Below, piece after piece: positions 38,992 through 49,436 of a stretch of 64,000 bases of DNA. The notes beneath the pieces are model-generated. The model ran no database searches. It saw only the letters and a program-made list of their open reading frames with translations, and had not been told where the DNA came from. Origin of the DNA: Deferribacterales bacterium (GTDB lineage Bacteria; Chrysiogenota; Deferribacteres; Deferribacterales; Geovibrionaceae); the NCBI GenBank assembly GCA_050251945.1, contig JBFWLW010000009.1, positions 1-64,000 on the forward strand, written 5' to 3'. The translations under genes and the position numbers were made by a program. The first letter of the stretch is position 1, and every line of letters begins with the position of its first letter.

Positions 38992-39291
38992 TTATTTCAG
39001 TTTTGAAATATAGTCTGCAAGAGCCTTGATCTCCTCTGGAGTCAGTTTGGCAACCTGAGACTGCATTATAGCTTTTTTAGCACCGCCTTCACCAGCCTGA
39101 TAGCCTTTCAGATCGGCTTCAATGTCTTTTGCAGACTGTCCCTTAATAACTCCGCTGACACCGAGAGCCTTCTTTGACCCGTCGGCGCCGTGGCAGCCTT
39201 TGCACTTTGCATAAAGTGCGGCGCCGTCGGCAGCGGCAAACGCTGTTGAAACTGCAGTGAGAAACACAATAAATCCGATAGTCTTTTTCAT
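38992..39291 (-). CDS. monoheme cytochrome c (c553-like)
   Basis: Signal peptide; CKGCH; distal Met. Confidence 0.92.
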   Translation of the reverse strand: MKKTIGFIVFLTAVSTAFAAADGAALYAKCKGCHGADGSKKALGVSGVIKGQSAKDIEADLKGYQAGEGGAKKAIMQSQVAKLTPEEIKALADYISKLK

Positions 39292-39377
39292 GGTTATTTA
39301 CCTCGCTAACAAAAATAGGAGACGTATTTTATTTTATATTTTATAACGCCTTTCGTCAAATAAACATTGTAAAGAAA

Positions 39378-40013
39378 TTAAACGATATGTTTATTCAGCC
39401 GTTGAAACACCGCTTCCGTTATCTCAAAACTGCGGCAGTCAATACCCATGTCCTTCAGAGCGTCCGCAAGCCCGATGAAAGCGGAATCGCATATGCTTTT
39501 CTGAAGAATATTCATTGGTATGAAAGCGTTTTCCTCACAAATGGACATTGTCATCGCCCTTCTGCACGCATCTGCATCGGCGCTTGTGACCGAACGGCAT
39601 ACGAGCGGACGCACAGAATGTATCGTACATTCGCCCTCGCTGCCGAGAAATCCGCAGGGGATATTGGCAACGATGCGTTCCTGCTCGTCATATCCGGCTA
39701 TATGCACCTTGATATAATGAAGTTTTTTCTTAAGTGTTTCAAGACTGTCCGCGGAAAGGGATGATAAAAGATACTCTGCGATGGTGTCCGCCTCAAGGCA
39801 CAGAACCGGAACGTGGACACGGCAGCAATGGCTGCAGCCTCTGCGGCACTTCATGTAGGATGCCTCCTCACGGGAGATATCCTCAGCCGCCCTCTGCTGT
39901 GTCAATTGATGTATCCTGTCCATAGTTTCGGCGGGGCTTTCGCCTGCTTTCACCGAACCGGTGACGGATGAATAAACTGTTTCGTGGAAGTCATATATTT
40001 TTATGCCTGCCAT
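39378..40013 (-). CDS. YkgJ-family cysteine-cluster protein
   Basis: CRRGCSHCC, CGFL, CTIHSVRPLVCR. Confidence 0.88.
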   Translation of the reverse strand: MAGIKIYDFHETVYSSVTGSVKAGESPAETMDRIHQLTQQRAAEDISREEASYMKCRRGCSHCCRVHVPVLCLEADTIAEYLLSSLSADSLETLKKKLHYIKVHIAGYDEQERIVANIPCGFLGSEGECTIHSVRPLVCRSVTSADADACRRAMTMSICEENAFIPMNILQKSICDSAFIGLADALKDMGIDCRSFEITEAVFQRLNKHIV

Positions 40014-40119
40014 GAAACAATTATAACATGGCGAATCCTCGCTGTACAGTATTGATAATAATGAATTTCAGTTCAGTTAAAATAATAAATAAATGATAAA
40101 TAACTTAATCATTTATTAA

Positions 40120-41685
40120 CTACAGTTCATTATACTCAACAGACTCCTCGTCTGCGATGCTCTTTGAGACGTACACACGGAAAAGAGAGCCTTTATTCTG
40201 TTCCGATACTATTTCCAGTCTGCCTTTGTGTCCTTCCACTATGCGCGAGATAATTGACAGTCCCAGACCTGTGCCGGAAAATTCCCTTTTAACGTTTGTC
40301 GCTCTGTAAAAACGCTTGGTTACCTTCTCTATCTCGTCAGCGGGAATACCGACACCAGAATCTTCAACCTCGATAATGCTGAACTGCTCACTGTCTTTCA
40401 GCCTGACTTTTATGAATCCTCCGCCGCGTGAGAATTTCACGGCATTTGATATCAGGTTTGCAAACACATGACGGAATGATTCCGCATCAGCGCACACCAT
40501 TGCATCGTCGGGAATCTCTATTTCAAAGCTGATGTTCTTGTCAGCTATCTCTTTTTCATGTTCAGCGGCAATCTCTGAAGCCAGTTTGCTGATTTTCAGA
40601 GGCATAAAGTGATAAGGATACTGATTACTGTCCAGTCTGGACAACGTTATTATCTCACTGAAAAGGGTGTTAAGAAGTCTTGCGCTTTTCGCGATTGTAG
40701 CAAGGGACTTTTCCTTAACATCCGGCGAGCAGTCAAGTCCTTGTGTAATAAGCACTTCTGAATAAGAGATTATCTTTGTCAGCGGAGTTCGCAGTTCGTG
40801 AGCCAGCGAATCAAGTATATCCGATTTGAATGAATTTATGGTTTTCAGTTCGTCGTTTCTTGTTTGCAGAACCTCAAGAACGGTTTTATACTGTTCCGTC
40901 ACTCTGGCGAGCTGTTCTTTCAGCCTGTCTTCGTTTTCAAGTATGCTGTGGCGCATCATCTCAAAAGCTTCTGAAAGCTCCTGAATCTCGTCTCCGGTTT
41001 TTATGTTGACCTTTTTGGTGAAGTCACCCGTTTTATAGGAAACGGCCGCATCCGTGAGCGTTGACAGGTTTTTAAGTACCATCATGCGCAACAGGAGCGT
41101 AAGGGTAAAAACTATTCCGAGGAATGCTGCAAAGCCTGTTATCAGATAGTTCCGGTTATTCACAGCCATCGCCTTTTCAAGCGCTTTCATAGGGATGGTG
41201 ACAGATATCCCGCCCCGCAGGTCGCCTATCCTGTATCCCTGATAATCGTGACATTCCATACATGCTTTATTGACATACAGAGGCGCCATATATCGGTAGA
41301 ACCTGTCTTTGCCGATGGTTATTATCTCCTGATGTTCTTTCGCCCCTCCGGCAAACAGCCCCAGAGCTTTAACCTCGTATTCGTCCGGTGCATTCTCCGG
41401 ATTTATAAGCTGCATGCTGGTTATGTGAAACCTGAAATCGGTCATGCGTTCCGCGTATTTTGAAAGTTCCTTGGTGGCAACGGCGGGAACAGGCTTTATC
41501 TGATCCCTGTTCTCAGCCACCCATTGGCGGGTAACCACTATCATATCGAACATGGTCTTTGCCTGTGCGTGTGCCTGCTGCAAAAGAATTTTCTTCTGAT
41601 TCTCAATGAAGACGTTTGTCATGGCGAGAATAATAACGATTGTCACCAGCGTAATGCTGATGATGAGTTTTACGGTGAGTTTCAT
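40120..41685 (-). CDS. sensor histidine kinase with heme-c-binding (DUF3365-like) periplasmic domain
   Basis: NPENAPD, CMECH, GDLRGGIS; HAMP; AHELRTPL; GTGLGL. Confidence 0.9.
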   Translation of the reverse strand: MKLTVKLIISITLVTIVIILAMTNVFIENQKKILLQQAHAQAKTMFDMIVVTRQWVAENRDQIKPVPAVATKELSKYAERMTDFRFHITSMQLINPENAPDEYEVKALGLFAGGAKEHQEIITIGKDRFYRYMAPLYVNKACMECHDYQGYRIGDLRGGISVTIPMKALEKAMAVNNRNYLITGFAAFLGIVFTLTLLLRMMVLKNLSTLTDAAVSYKTGDFTKKVNIKTGDEIQELSEAFEMMRHSILENEDRLKEQLARVTEQYKTVLEVLQTRNDELKTINSFKSDILDSLAHELRTPLTKIISYSEVLITQGLDCSPDVKEKSLATIAKSARLLNTLFSEIITLSRLDSNQYPYHFMPLKISKLASEIAAEHEKEIADKNISFEIEIPDDAMVCADAESFRHVFANLISNAVKFSRGGGFIKVRLKDSEQFSIIEVEDSGVGIPADEIEKVTKRFYRATNVKREFSGTGLGLSIISRIVEGHKGRLEIVSEQNKGSLFRVYVSKSIADEESVEYNEL

Positions 41686-42380
41686 TTTTTGATCTTGTAG
41701 CCCACGCCGGAAACCGTTTTGATGATATCGGGATTTTTCGGGTTGATCTCAACTTTCTGGCGCAGATTCTTGATATGCACATCGAGGCTTCTTGACCACG
41801 AATAGATGGAATTTTTACCCCAGATGTCGTTGACTATCGTATCGCGTGAAAGCACATGCCCCGCCTTTTCTATGAAATAGAGCAGGATATCGTATTCCTT
41901 CGGCGTAAGGCTCACCTTTTCACCCTTGATAAACACCTGTCTGTTCGCCCTGTCGACATTCATGTGGTGAAAAACGGCGCTCTCGCCATCCTCATCCTCA
42001 TGAACGGATGAAGTTTTTTCCGCGCGGCGCAGAATCGCCTTAACACGTGCAATCAGTTCTATGTTTTCAAACGGTTTTGTCATGTAATCGTCGGCACCGT
42101 ATTCAAGACAGACGACCTTGTCGGAAACGTTGTCGCGCGCCGAAAGAATGAGTATGGGTACGTCCAGTTCGCTCCTGATTATCTTGCATATCTGCTGACC
42201 GTCTATGTCGGGCAGATTGAGATCCAGAATTATCATAGCGGGATTGTTGTCTCTTGCAAGTGAAAGCCCTGTCATGCCGTTGGGAGCGGTAAGTACGTTA
42301 TATTTTTCGAGATTTAAAAGGAGTTTAAGGATATCAAGGATTTCCTGATCGTCGTCAATCACCAGAATAGTCGTACTCAT
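41682..42380 (-). CDS. OmpR-family response regulator
   Basis: Receiver domain plus winged helix (LTPKEY, DVHIKNLRQK, TVSGVGY). Confidence 0.95.
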   Translation of the reverse strand: MSTTILVIDDDQEILDILKLLLNLEKYNVLTAPNGMTGLSLARDNNPAMIILDLNLPDIDGQQICKIIRSELDVPILILSARDNVSDKVVCLEYGADDYMTKPFENIELIARVKAILRRAEKTSSVHEDEDGESAVFHHMNVDRANRQVFIKGEKVSLTPKEYDILLYFIEKAGHVLSRDTIVNDIWGKNSIYSWSRSLDVHIKNLRQKVEINPKNPDIIKTVSGVGYKIKK

Positions 42381-42442
42381 CTGTCACCCTGTATATTAAG
42401 TTATGGATAAGTTTAACATTATTTTCTCAGAAAAGCAAAATT

Positions 42443-42477
42443 CTCCGCATGGACTGATTTTCACAACCCATGCGGAG
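42443..42477 (-). terminator. hairpin terminator downstream of the MCP gene
   Basis: CTCCGCATGG...CCATGCGGAG, with a T-rich tail on the minus strand. Confidence 0.6.
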
Positions 42478-42481
42478 TATA

Positions 42482-44167
42482 TTAACCTCTGGTCTTGAAT
42501 CTGCTCACCATTGAATGAAGATCGTCCGCCTGTTTCTGGAGGTCGGCAACTGTTGTTGTCACCTGTGCCAGAGCGTTTGAGCTTTCGTCGATACCCGACG
42601 ATATCACCTGTGCGTTATCGTTAATATTGGCAATAGCTGTGACCTGTTCCTGAATGGAGCTGTTGATGGTCTGGTTGGTCGCGTTGATACTTCCCACAGA
42701 ATCCACTATCTGCTCAAAAACCGCTTCCGTGCTTTCTATGGCTTTTGCACCGGAAACAACTTTATTCGTTGCTTCCTGCATGTCTTTGGTCGCCGTTTTG
42801 GTTTCGTTTTGCAGACTTACGATAATGTTCTCAATCTCTTTTGTGGCGCTCTGCGTGCGTTCGGCAAGTTTGCGCACCTCGTCGGCAACAACTGCGAAAC
42901 CGCGTCCGTGTTCCCCTGCCCTTGCCGCTTCTATGGCAGCGTTGAGGGCAAGCAGGTTCGTCTGGTCGGCAATGTCGTTGATAACGTTTGTAATATTACC
43001 TATTTCAGAGGATGAGTTCGCAAGGCTGTCAATGGTCTTGCCCAGTTTCTCAACCTTTTCTCTGATGCCCATGACCTCGGAAACGGAGCTTAAAAGCTGT
43101 TCTTTTCCACTCTTGGTGAGCTGTTCGGCATTTGCCGCCTGATCGTTCGCCTCACTTATGGACTGCATAACCTGCTGAGAGGTGACGCTTATCTCTTCTG
43201 TCGCGCTGGCAACGGATGTCACCTGACTTGCCTGATCCTGAAATGTTACGGTAAGTTCTTCGGTTGTGCTCGCAAGCTCGGTGCTTGCGGAGGCGACATT
43301 CTCTGAACCTTCTTTTACTATTGAGATTATCTCGTTAAGTTTTCCTATGAACTTGTTGAAATGTTTTGCCATCTCTCCCATTTCATCGTTGGAGAGAACT
43401 GCCAGATCACGGGTGAGGTCTCCTTCTCCGTCTGAAACTTCCTTAAGGAACTGATTTATGGCTTTAATGCTTTTTGTAAGTACACTTGAAAGTACGAATG
43501 CCACAATCACAATACCGAGAGTTATAAGAACGGACATACCGACAATGATCATAATGGTTCTGGCGATAACCTTTTTAAGTCTCGCCTCTTTTGAGTTGAC
43601 GGCATCCTGTATGTCATCGACATAGAAACCGGTTCCCATTACCCAGTTCCACTTTTTAAGTGCAACCGCATAGCTGAGTTTTTCTACTTCCGTATTTTTT
43701 GATGATTTATACCACTGATAGCTGACATAACCGCCGCCTTTTTCCGCAGCAGCGATAAGGTCTTTAAAAATGTATACACCGTTCTTGTCCTGCATATCTA
43801 TCAGGTTTTGACCTATAATCTCCGGTTTCGCCCTGTTCGCCAGAGCAATACCGTCGGTATCGTTAAGGAACACATAGCCGTCGGCACCGTAATAAAGAGA
43901 CTGTATCTTTGCCGCCGCTTTTGCTTTTGCATCTTCATCACCGGCGGATGCGTTATCATATATATCTTTAATGGAAGAAAGAGCCAGATCGATATACTGT
44001 TTAAGTTCCTGCTCTTTCGCGGCTCGCATACTCTCTCTGAAATCCGTGATCTCAGACTCTCCAATTTTCTTAAGCTGATAATAGGTAAAAATGCTGAGGA
44101 ACAATGCTGTAAGAAGAACTGGAACCACTGCCATCAAAGCAATTTTGTATCTTATGGAAAGGTTCAT
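42482..44167 (-). CDS. methyl-accepting chemotaxis protein with Cache domain
   Basis: [31 protein letters not shown] hairpin. Confidence 0.95.
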   Translation of the reverse strand: MNLSIRYKIALMAVVPVLLTALFLSIFTYYQLKKIGESEITDFRESMRAAKEQELKQYIDLALSSIKDIYDNASAGDEDAKAKAAAKIQSLYYGADGYVFLNDTDGIALANRAKPEIIGQNLIDMQDKNGVYIFKDLIAAAEKGGGYVSYQWYKSSKNTEVEKLSYAVALKKWNWVMGTGFYVDDIQDAVNSKEARLKKVIARTIMIIVGMSVLITLGIVIVAFVLSSVLTKSIKAINQFLKEVSDGEGDLTRDLAVLSNDEMGEMAKHFNKFIGKLNEIISIVKEGSENVASASTELASTTEELTVTFQDQASQVTSVASATEEISVTSQQVMQSISEANDQAANAEQLTKSGKEQLLSSVSEVMGIREKVEKLGKTIDSLANSSSEIGNITNVINDIADQTNLLALNAAIEAARAGEHGRGFAVVADEVRKLAERTQSATKEIENIIVSLQNETKTATKDMQEATNKVVSGAKAIESTEAVFEQIVDSVGSINATNQTINSSIQEQVTAIANINDNAQVISSGIDESSNALAQVTTTVADLQKQADDLHSMVSRFKTRG

Positions 44168-44276
44168 CGTGCCTCCGGAAAACAAATAATTGTATATATT
44201 TATTCTGACAATTGTTACTTTTTATTTAATAAATTTCAAGTAAATATTACTATGACCTTGAAATAATCATCCAATT

Positions 44277-45470
44277 ATGGTGAATAGAGGAATGAAAACT
44301 GTAACACTCAAAAAACTCAAAGACAAGCTGGCAAAAAACAAGAATCCATGGATATTTTCCGGTGCGATACACTCCGCAGACAAGGGGATCATAAACGGCG
44401 AAACAGTAAAAGTGGTTGATTCTGAAAAACGGTTCATTGCATACGGATTTTACAGTGAATTCAGTGCGATAACCCTGAGACTGTTCTCATGGAACGAAGA
44501 GGAAACCTTCGGTGCGGAATTGATCAGAAAAAGGCTCACATCGGCACTCGCCGCCAGAAAAAAGTTAATTGACGGCGAAACAACAGACAGTTACCGCCTG
44601 CTTTACGGCGAGGCGGACGGACTGCCCGGCTACATCGCCGACATATACAGCGGACACGTCGGACTTCAGGTAAACACCGCCTCGGCGGTTTACTATCTGC
44701 CGATGATGAAAGAAGCTCTCACAGAAGTAATAAGCCCGCTATCTATATATGTCCGCCCCGCAGACGAACTGGCAAAAAAAGAGATGATACGCTATCCTGA
44801 GCAGTGCATATACGGAAACACGCCCGACAGCATCATTATAAAAGAGAACGGACTTAAGATATCCGCAAGCCTTATAAGCGGACAAAAAACAGGATATTAC
44901 TTTGACCAGCGCGAAAACAGGCGCATAGCGGCGGCTTATGCGAAGGGTCAGGACGTTCTGGACTGTTTCTGCTATACAGGCGGCTTTTCTCTGAATGCAG
45001 CGGCAAACGGCGCAAAGTCAATCACAAGCGTGGACTCCTCGGCTGACGCGCTTGCCAACCTTAAAGAGAACTTCGCCCTTAACGGTCTTGAGGCTCCGGA
45101 AACCGTAAAAGCCGACATTTTTGAGTATCTTCGCGAAAGAAACACGGATTCACAAAAACACGACATCATAATTCTCGACCCGCCCAAACTTGCCAAGTCA
45201 CAATCCTCTGTGGAACAGGCTTTGCGCGCTTATAAAGACCTGAACATGCTCGGCATGAAAAAGATGAAAAATAACGGAATTTTCATTTCTTTCTCGTGTT
45301 CCGGCAGGGTTTCCAGAGAAGATTTCATAAAATCCGTCGCATGGGCAGCAAAAGACGCAGGCAGAACCTTAAGAATAACAGGTTTTCTCTCCCAGAGCTG
45401 CGATCATCCGATAAACCCGTTTTTCCCTGAATCAGAATACCTTAAAGGGATTGTCGGCATAGTTGAATAA
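44277..45470 (+). CDS. rlmI: RlmI-like rRNA methyltransferase (second paralog)
   Basis: PWIFSGAI, GEADGLPG, GQKTGYYFDQRENR, LDPPK, FSCSG, EYLKG. Confidence 0.85.
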   Translation: MVNRGMKTVTLKKLKDKLAKNKNPWIFSGAIHSADKGIINGETVKVVDSEKRFIAYGFYSEFSAITLRLFSWNEEETFGAELIRKRLTSALAARKKLIDGETTDSYRLLYGEADGLPGYIADIYSGHVGLQVNTASAVYYLPMMKEALTEVISPLSIYVRPADELAKKEMIRYPEQCIYGNTPDSIIIKENGLKISASLISGQKTGYYFDQRENRRIAAAYAKGQDVLDCFCYTGGFSLNAAANGAKSITSVDSSADALANLKENFALNGLEAPETVKADIFEYLRERNTDSQKHDIIILDPPKLAKSQSSVEQALRAYKDLNMLGMKKMKNNGIFISFSCSGRVSREDFIKSVAWAAKDAGRTLRITGFLSQSCDHPINPFFPESEYLKGIVGIVE

Positions 45471-45574
45471 TGCTTTTGTTATAATTTTGTGATTTCTTGC
45501 TTTTCTGGTCAGTTTTTTATAGACTGCTGCACATTATTTGTATTATAAGTACAGATTCTTTTACTCGGTGGATA

Positions 45575-46669
45575 ATGAGCAGCGAAAACGACATAGTAAA
45601 ACTGGAAAGCATCTCTAAATCATTCGGCGGACACGGTGTTGTCTACAACCTCGACCTGTGCATAAAGGACGGGGAGTTCGTGACACTTCTCGGTCCCTCC
45701 GGATGCGGAAAAACAACTCTTCTTCGTATAATAGCCGGACTTGAAACACAGGACTTCGGCAAGGTGTTCATCGGCGGCAAGGATGTCAGCATCATCCCCC
45801 CGAACAAGCGTGAAGTGAATACCGTTTTCCAGAGCTATGCACTCTTCCCCCATATGACGGTATTTGACAACGTAGCTTTCGGACTTAAAATGAGCAAAGT
45901 TGCGAAATCGGAGATAAAAGAGCGCGTTAAAGAGGCGCTTGATACCGTCATGCTCTCAAACTTCGCAGACCGCATGCCGCAGAACCTTTCCGGCGGTCAG
46001 CAGCAGAGGGTAGCCATAGCAAGGGCTATCGTAAAACGTCCGAAGGTGCTTCTTCTGGACGAACCGCTCTCCGCACTGGACTACAAACTGCGCAAACAGA
46101 TGCAGACTGAGCTGAAACACATTCACCGCAAGCTCGGCATCACATTCGTTTTCGTCACGCACGATCAGGAGGAGGCTCTCTCCATGTCCGACCGCGTGGT
46201 GGTAATGAACGAAGGCGTTATCCAGCAGGACGGCTCGCCGAAAGAGGTTTACGAGAACCCCAAAAACATGTTCGTAGCAAAATTTGTGGGCGAGATTAAC
46301 GTCCTTCAGGCGGTCATAGAAAAAACCGTTAACGGCAAACTGCGCGCCAATGTCGAGGGCAGACAGTGCCGGCTTACCAAAAAACATACTTATGTCGAAG
46401 GCGACAGGGTGAAACTCCTTCTGCGCCCCGAAGACATCAGACTTGAACATATCAAAGACGCCGACAGCGACTATCCGCTTCAGGGCATCATAGAGGAAAC
46501 CACATACAAGGGAGCTACGCTCGATTCCACAGTCCGTTTGGACAGCGGAACACAGATAATGGCGAGCGAGTTCTTTGACGAGGACGACCCCGAATTTGAA
46601 TATAAGACAGGTGAAAAGGTCGCCGTCAAATGGGTTGACGGCTGGGAGGTACTGCTTCCCGATGACTGA
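45575..46669 (+). CDS. potA: spermidine/putrescine ABC transporter ATPase
   Basis: GPSGCGKTT, LSGGQQQRVA, LDEPLSALDYKLR. Confidence 0.93.
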   Translation: MSSENDIVKLESISKSFGGHGVVYNLDLCIKDGEFVTLLGPSGCGKTTLLRIIAGLETQDFGKVFIGGKDVSIIPPNKREVNTVFQSYALFPHMTVFDNVAFGLKMSKVAKSEIKERVKEALDTVMLSNFADRMPQNLSGGQQQRVAIARAIVKRPKVLLLDEPLSALDYKLRKQMQTELKHIHRKLGITFVFVTHDQEEALSMSDRVVVMNEGVIQQDGSPKEVYENPKNMFVAKFVGEINVLQAVIEKTVNGKLRANVEGRQCRLTKKHTYVEGDRVKLLLRPEDIRLEHIKDADSDYPLQGIIEETTYKGATLDSTVRLDSGTQIMASEFFDEDDPEFEYKTGEKVAVKWVDGWEVLLPDD

Positions 46670-47513
46670 AAAAAACCGTTTTAAAACTTTTTCCGTAACG
46701 CTTATCTCCGTCTGGCTCATCCTCCTGGTTCTTGTGCCGACGCTGATGGTTATAGCGGTCAGCTTCATGACCAGCAACACACCGGGGGAAATATCTCCGG
46801 TTTTCACTCTAAGCAATTACAAGGCTATCAGAGACCCGCTGTTCTTGCAGGTTCTGGCGGATTCGTTCGAGATGGCGTTCATAACGACGGCTCTCTGCCT
46901 TATGGTGGGCTATCCGTTTGCGTATAATCTTTCAAAATATAAAGGAAAATTTAAAAGCCTCCTGCTGGTGCTTATCATTATCCCGTTCTGGACAAGCTCA
47001 CTGATACGCACCTATGCGATAATCATAATAATAAAGACCAACGGAGTTCTGAACAGCGTGCTTATGGCTGTCGGCATCATAGACGAACCGCTCAGGCTCA
47101 TGTACACGGAAACTGCCGTTCTGGTGGGGATGGTCTATTCACTTCTGCCCTTTATGATACTCCCGCTGTATGCCGTGCTTGAAAAGCTGGACGGCAAACT
47201 TATCGAAGCGGCAAAGGATCTCGGTGCGGGGCGTATGCGCACCTTCTGGCATGTGGTGATTCCGCTCTCAATGCCCGGCGTGATAGCCGGCAGTATGCTT
47301 GTTTTCCTTCCGACCCTCTGTCTGTTCTACATATCGGACGTACTGGGCGGCGCAAAGTCCCTGCTGATAGGAAACTTCATAAGAAACCAGTTTCTGCTCA
47401 CCCGCAACTGGCCCATGGGCGCGGCAGCAAGCATGATACTCACAGTGCTGATGTTCATCGTCATATACATTTACTATAGAAGCACCAAGAAAACAGGCAG
47501 GGAAGCCATATGA
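46662..47513 (+). CDS. potB: spermidine/putrescine ABC permease
   Basis: IPFWTSSLIRTY, EAAKDLGA. Confidence 0.92.
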   Translation: MTEKNRFKTFSVTLISVWLILLVLVPTLMVIAVSFMTSNTPGEISPVFTLSNYKAIRDPLFLQVLADSFEMAFITTALCLMVGYPFAYNLSKYKGKFKSLLLVLIIIPFWTSSLIRTYAIIIIIKTNGVLNSVLMAVGIIDEPLRLMYTETAVLVGMVYSLLPFMILPLYAVLEKLDGKLIEAAKDLGAGRMRTFWHVVIPLSMPGVIAGSMLVFLPTLCLFYISDVLGGAKSLLIGNFIRNQFLLTRNWPMGAAASMILTVLMFIVIYIYYRSTKKTGREAI

Positions 47514-48277
47514 TGCGTTCACTGAAAATAGGATATTCAACATTAGTTTACGCTTTCCTGTATGTACCGATATTCGTGCTTATAGTCTATTCGTTCAACG
47601 CGTCAAAGTTCGGAACGTCATGGCAGGGGTTCACATTCAAATGGTATGAAAACCTGCTGAACAACACATCCCTTATGACGGCGGCGGGCAACTCGGTTCT
47701 TGTGGCAACACTCTCCGCAACCTGCGCAACGATAATAGGTTCGCTTGCGGCTGTTGCTTTTTACAGATACACGTTCAGGGGCAAAAAAGTGATAATGTCG
47801 CTGGTGTACATTCTTATGATGGCACCCGACATAGTTATGGGTATCAGTCTGCTGATACTTTTCATTACGATTCATATGGAACCGGGGTTTATCACCCTTC
47901 TGCTTTCGCATATAACGTTCAACATCCCTTTCGTGGCTGTTACGGTCATGTCGCGCATGAAGGGGTTTGACAAAAACCTTTTCGATGCGGCGGGGGATCT
48001 CGGCGCAACAGAGTTTCAAACCGTCCGCCACGTTCTGTTTCCTATGATGCTTCCCGCCGTGGCGGCAGGATGGCTGTTGGCATTTACACTTTCTATGGAT
48101 GATGTTATCATAAGCTTCTTCGTAACCGGTCCCGACTTTGAGATACTGCCACTGCGCATATACTCAATGGTCAGGCTGGGAGTTAAGCCGGAGGTGAACG
48201 CCCTCTGTACGGTGATGTTCACCCTTTCGCTTGTGATAGTTATGATATCTCAAATACTTAACAGGGAGAGAAAATGA
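47510..48277 (+). CDS. potC: spermidine/putrescine ABC permease
   Basis: DAAGDLGA, SMDDVIISFF, PEVNAL. Confidence 0.92.
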   Translation: MMRSLKIGYSTLVYAFLYVPIFVLIVYSFNASKFGTSWQGFTFKWYENLLNNTSLMTAAGNSVLVATLSATCATIIGSLAAVAFYRYTFRGKKVIMSLVYILMMAPDIVMGISLLILFITIHMEPGFITLLLSHITFNIPFVAVTVMSRMKGFDKNLFDAAGDLGATEFQTVRHVLFPMMLPAVAAGWLLAFTLSMDDVIISFFVTGPDFEILPLRIYSMVRLGVKPEVNALCTVMFTLSLVIVMISQILNRERK

Positions 48278-49302
48278 AAAGACTGATCTTTGCTATTGTT
48301 CTTTGCCTTTTGGCATCTTCAGCTTTCGCCAAAGAGGCGGTCTACGTCTACAACTGGTCGGAATATATCCCCGAACAGGTTCTCAGCAATTTTGAAAAAG
48401 AGACGGGAATCAAGGTGATATACACCACCTACGACAGCAACGAGGTGATGTATTCAAAAGTGAAAGTGCTTGGCGGCAAAGGATATGATGTTATCTTCCC
48501 CTCCACCTATTATGTGAACAGGATGCAGAAGGAAGGACTCCTTACCCCGCTTAACAAAAAGCTTCTGCCCAATATCAAAAACATGGAACCCTCGCTGATG
48601 AATAAGCCTTATGACGAAGGCAACAAATACAGCGTTCCCTATCTCTGGGGTTCAACGTCCCTCGCCATCAACTCCGACTTCGTTGACGCGAAAAAAGCGA
48701 ACACCTACCGCATCCTCTGGGATTCCAAATATAAAGGCAAAGTGATCCTCACCGACGACCTGCGCGAAGTATTCCACATAGCGCTCAGAATTCTGGGTTA
48801 TTCCGGAAACGAAACCGATCCGGAGAAAATTAAGAAGGCATACGAACTTCTGCGCAAACTGCGCCCAAACGTACGGGTTTACAACTCGGATTCGCCCAAA
48901 ATACCGTTCATCAACGGCGAAGTAACTCTGGGGCTGACCTTCAACGGCGAAATGTATGCCGCAGCACAGGAAAACCCCGCTATCAAATACATCTATCCCA
49001 AAGAGGGAGCTATCTTCTGGGTGGACAGCATGTGCATACCCAAAGGCTCAAAGAACGTTGCAAACGCTCATAAGTTCATCAACTATATAATGAAACCGGA
49101 AGTTGCAAAACTGATAAGCGAAGAGGTGGGATATCCCAGCCCCAACAAGGCGGGCGTGGCTCTGCTGGACAAATCCGTCCGCACAAATCCGACAATCTAC
49201 CCTCCTCTGAACATCATAAAACAGGGCGAGTTTCAGCTTGATGTCGGCGACTCTATCAAAGTTTACGAAAAATACTGGAACCTGCTGAAATCCGGAAAAT
49301 AA
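48274..49302 (+). CDS. potD: spermidine/putrescine-binding protein
   Basis: YNWSEY, YDSNE, PYLWG, PKEGAIFWVD. Confidence 0.92.
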   Translation: MKRLIFAIVLCLLASSAFAKEAVYVYNWSEYIPEQVLSNFEKETGIKVIYTTYDSNEVMYSKVKVLGGKGYDVIFPSTYYVNRMQKEGLLTPLNKKLLPNIKNMEPSLMNKPYDEGNKYSVPYLWGSTSLAINSDFVDAKKANTYRILWDSKYKGKVILTDDLREVFHIALRILGYSGNETDPEKIKKAYELLRKLRPNVRVYNSDSPKIPFINGEVTLGLTFNGEMYAAAQENPAIKYIYPKEGAIFWVDSMCIPKGSKNVANAHKFINYIMKPEVAKLISEEVGYPSPNKAGVALLDKSVRTNPTIYPPLNIIKQGEFQLDVGDSIKVYEKYWNLLKSGK

Positions 49303-49308
49303 TTAAAC

Positions 49309-49339
49309 AAAGCGGAGGCAAAAACCTCCGCTTTTTTTT
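49309..49339 (+). terminator. intrinsic terminator of potABCD
   Basis: AAAGCGGAGG-CAAAAA-CCTCCGCTTTTTTTT. Confidence 0.88.
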
Positions 49340-49436
49340 CTACCCTTTTGGGTAGGTGACAAATTTTTTACACCGCTTCTGTTGAGATTATGTCCATTTT
49401 AGTGGATAATTCATCATCTCTTCATTACGGTGTTAT

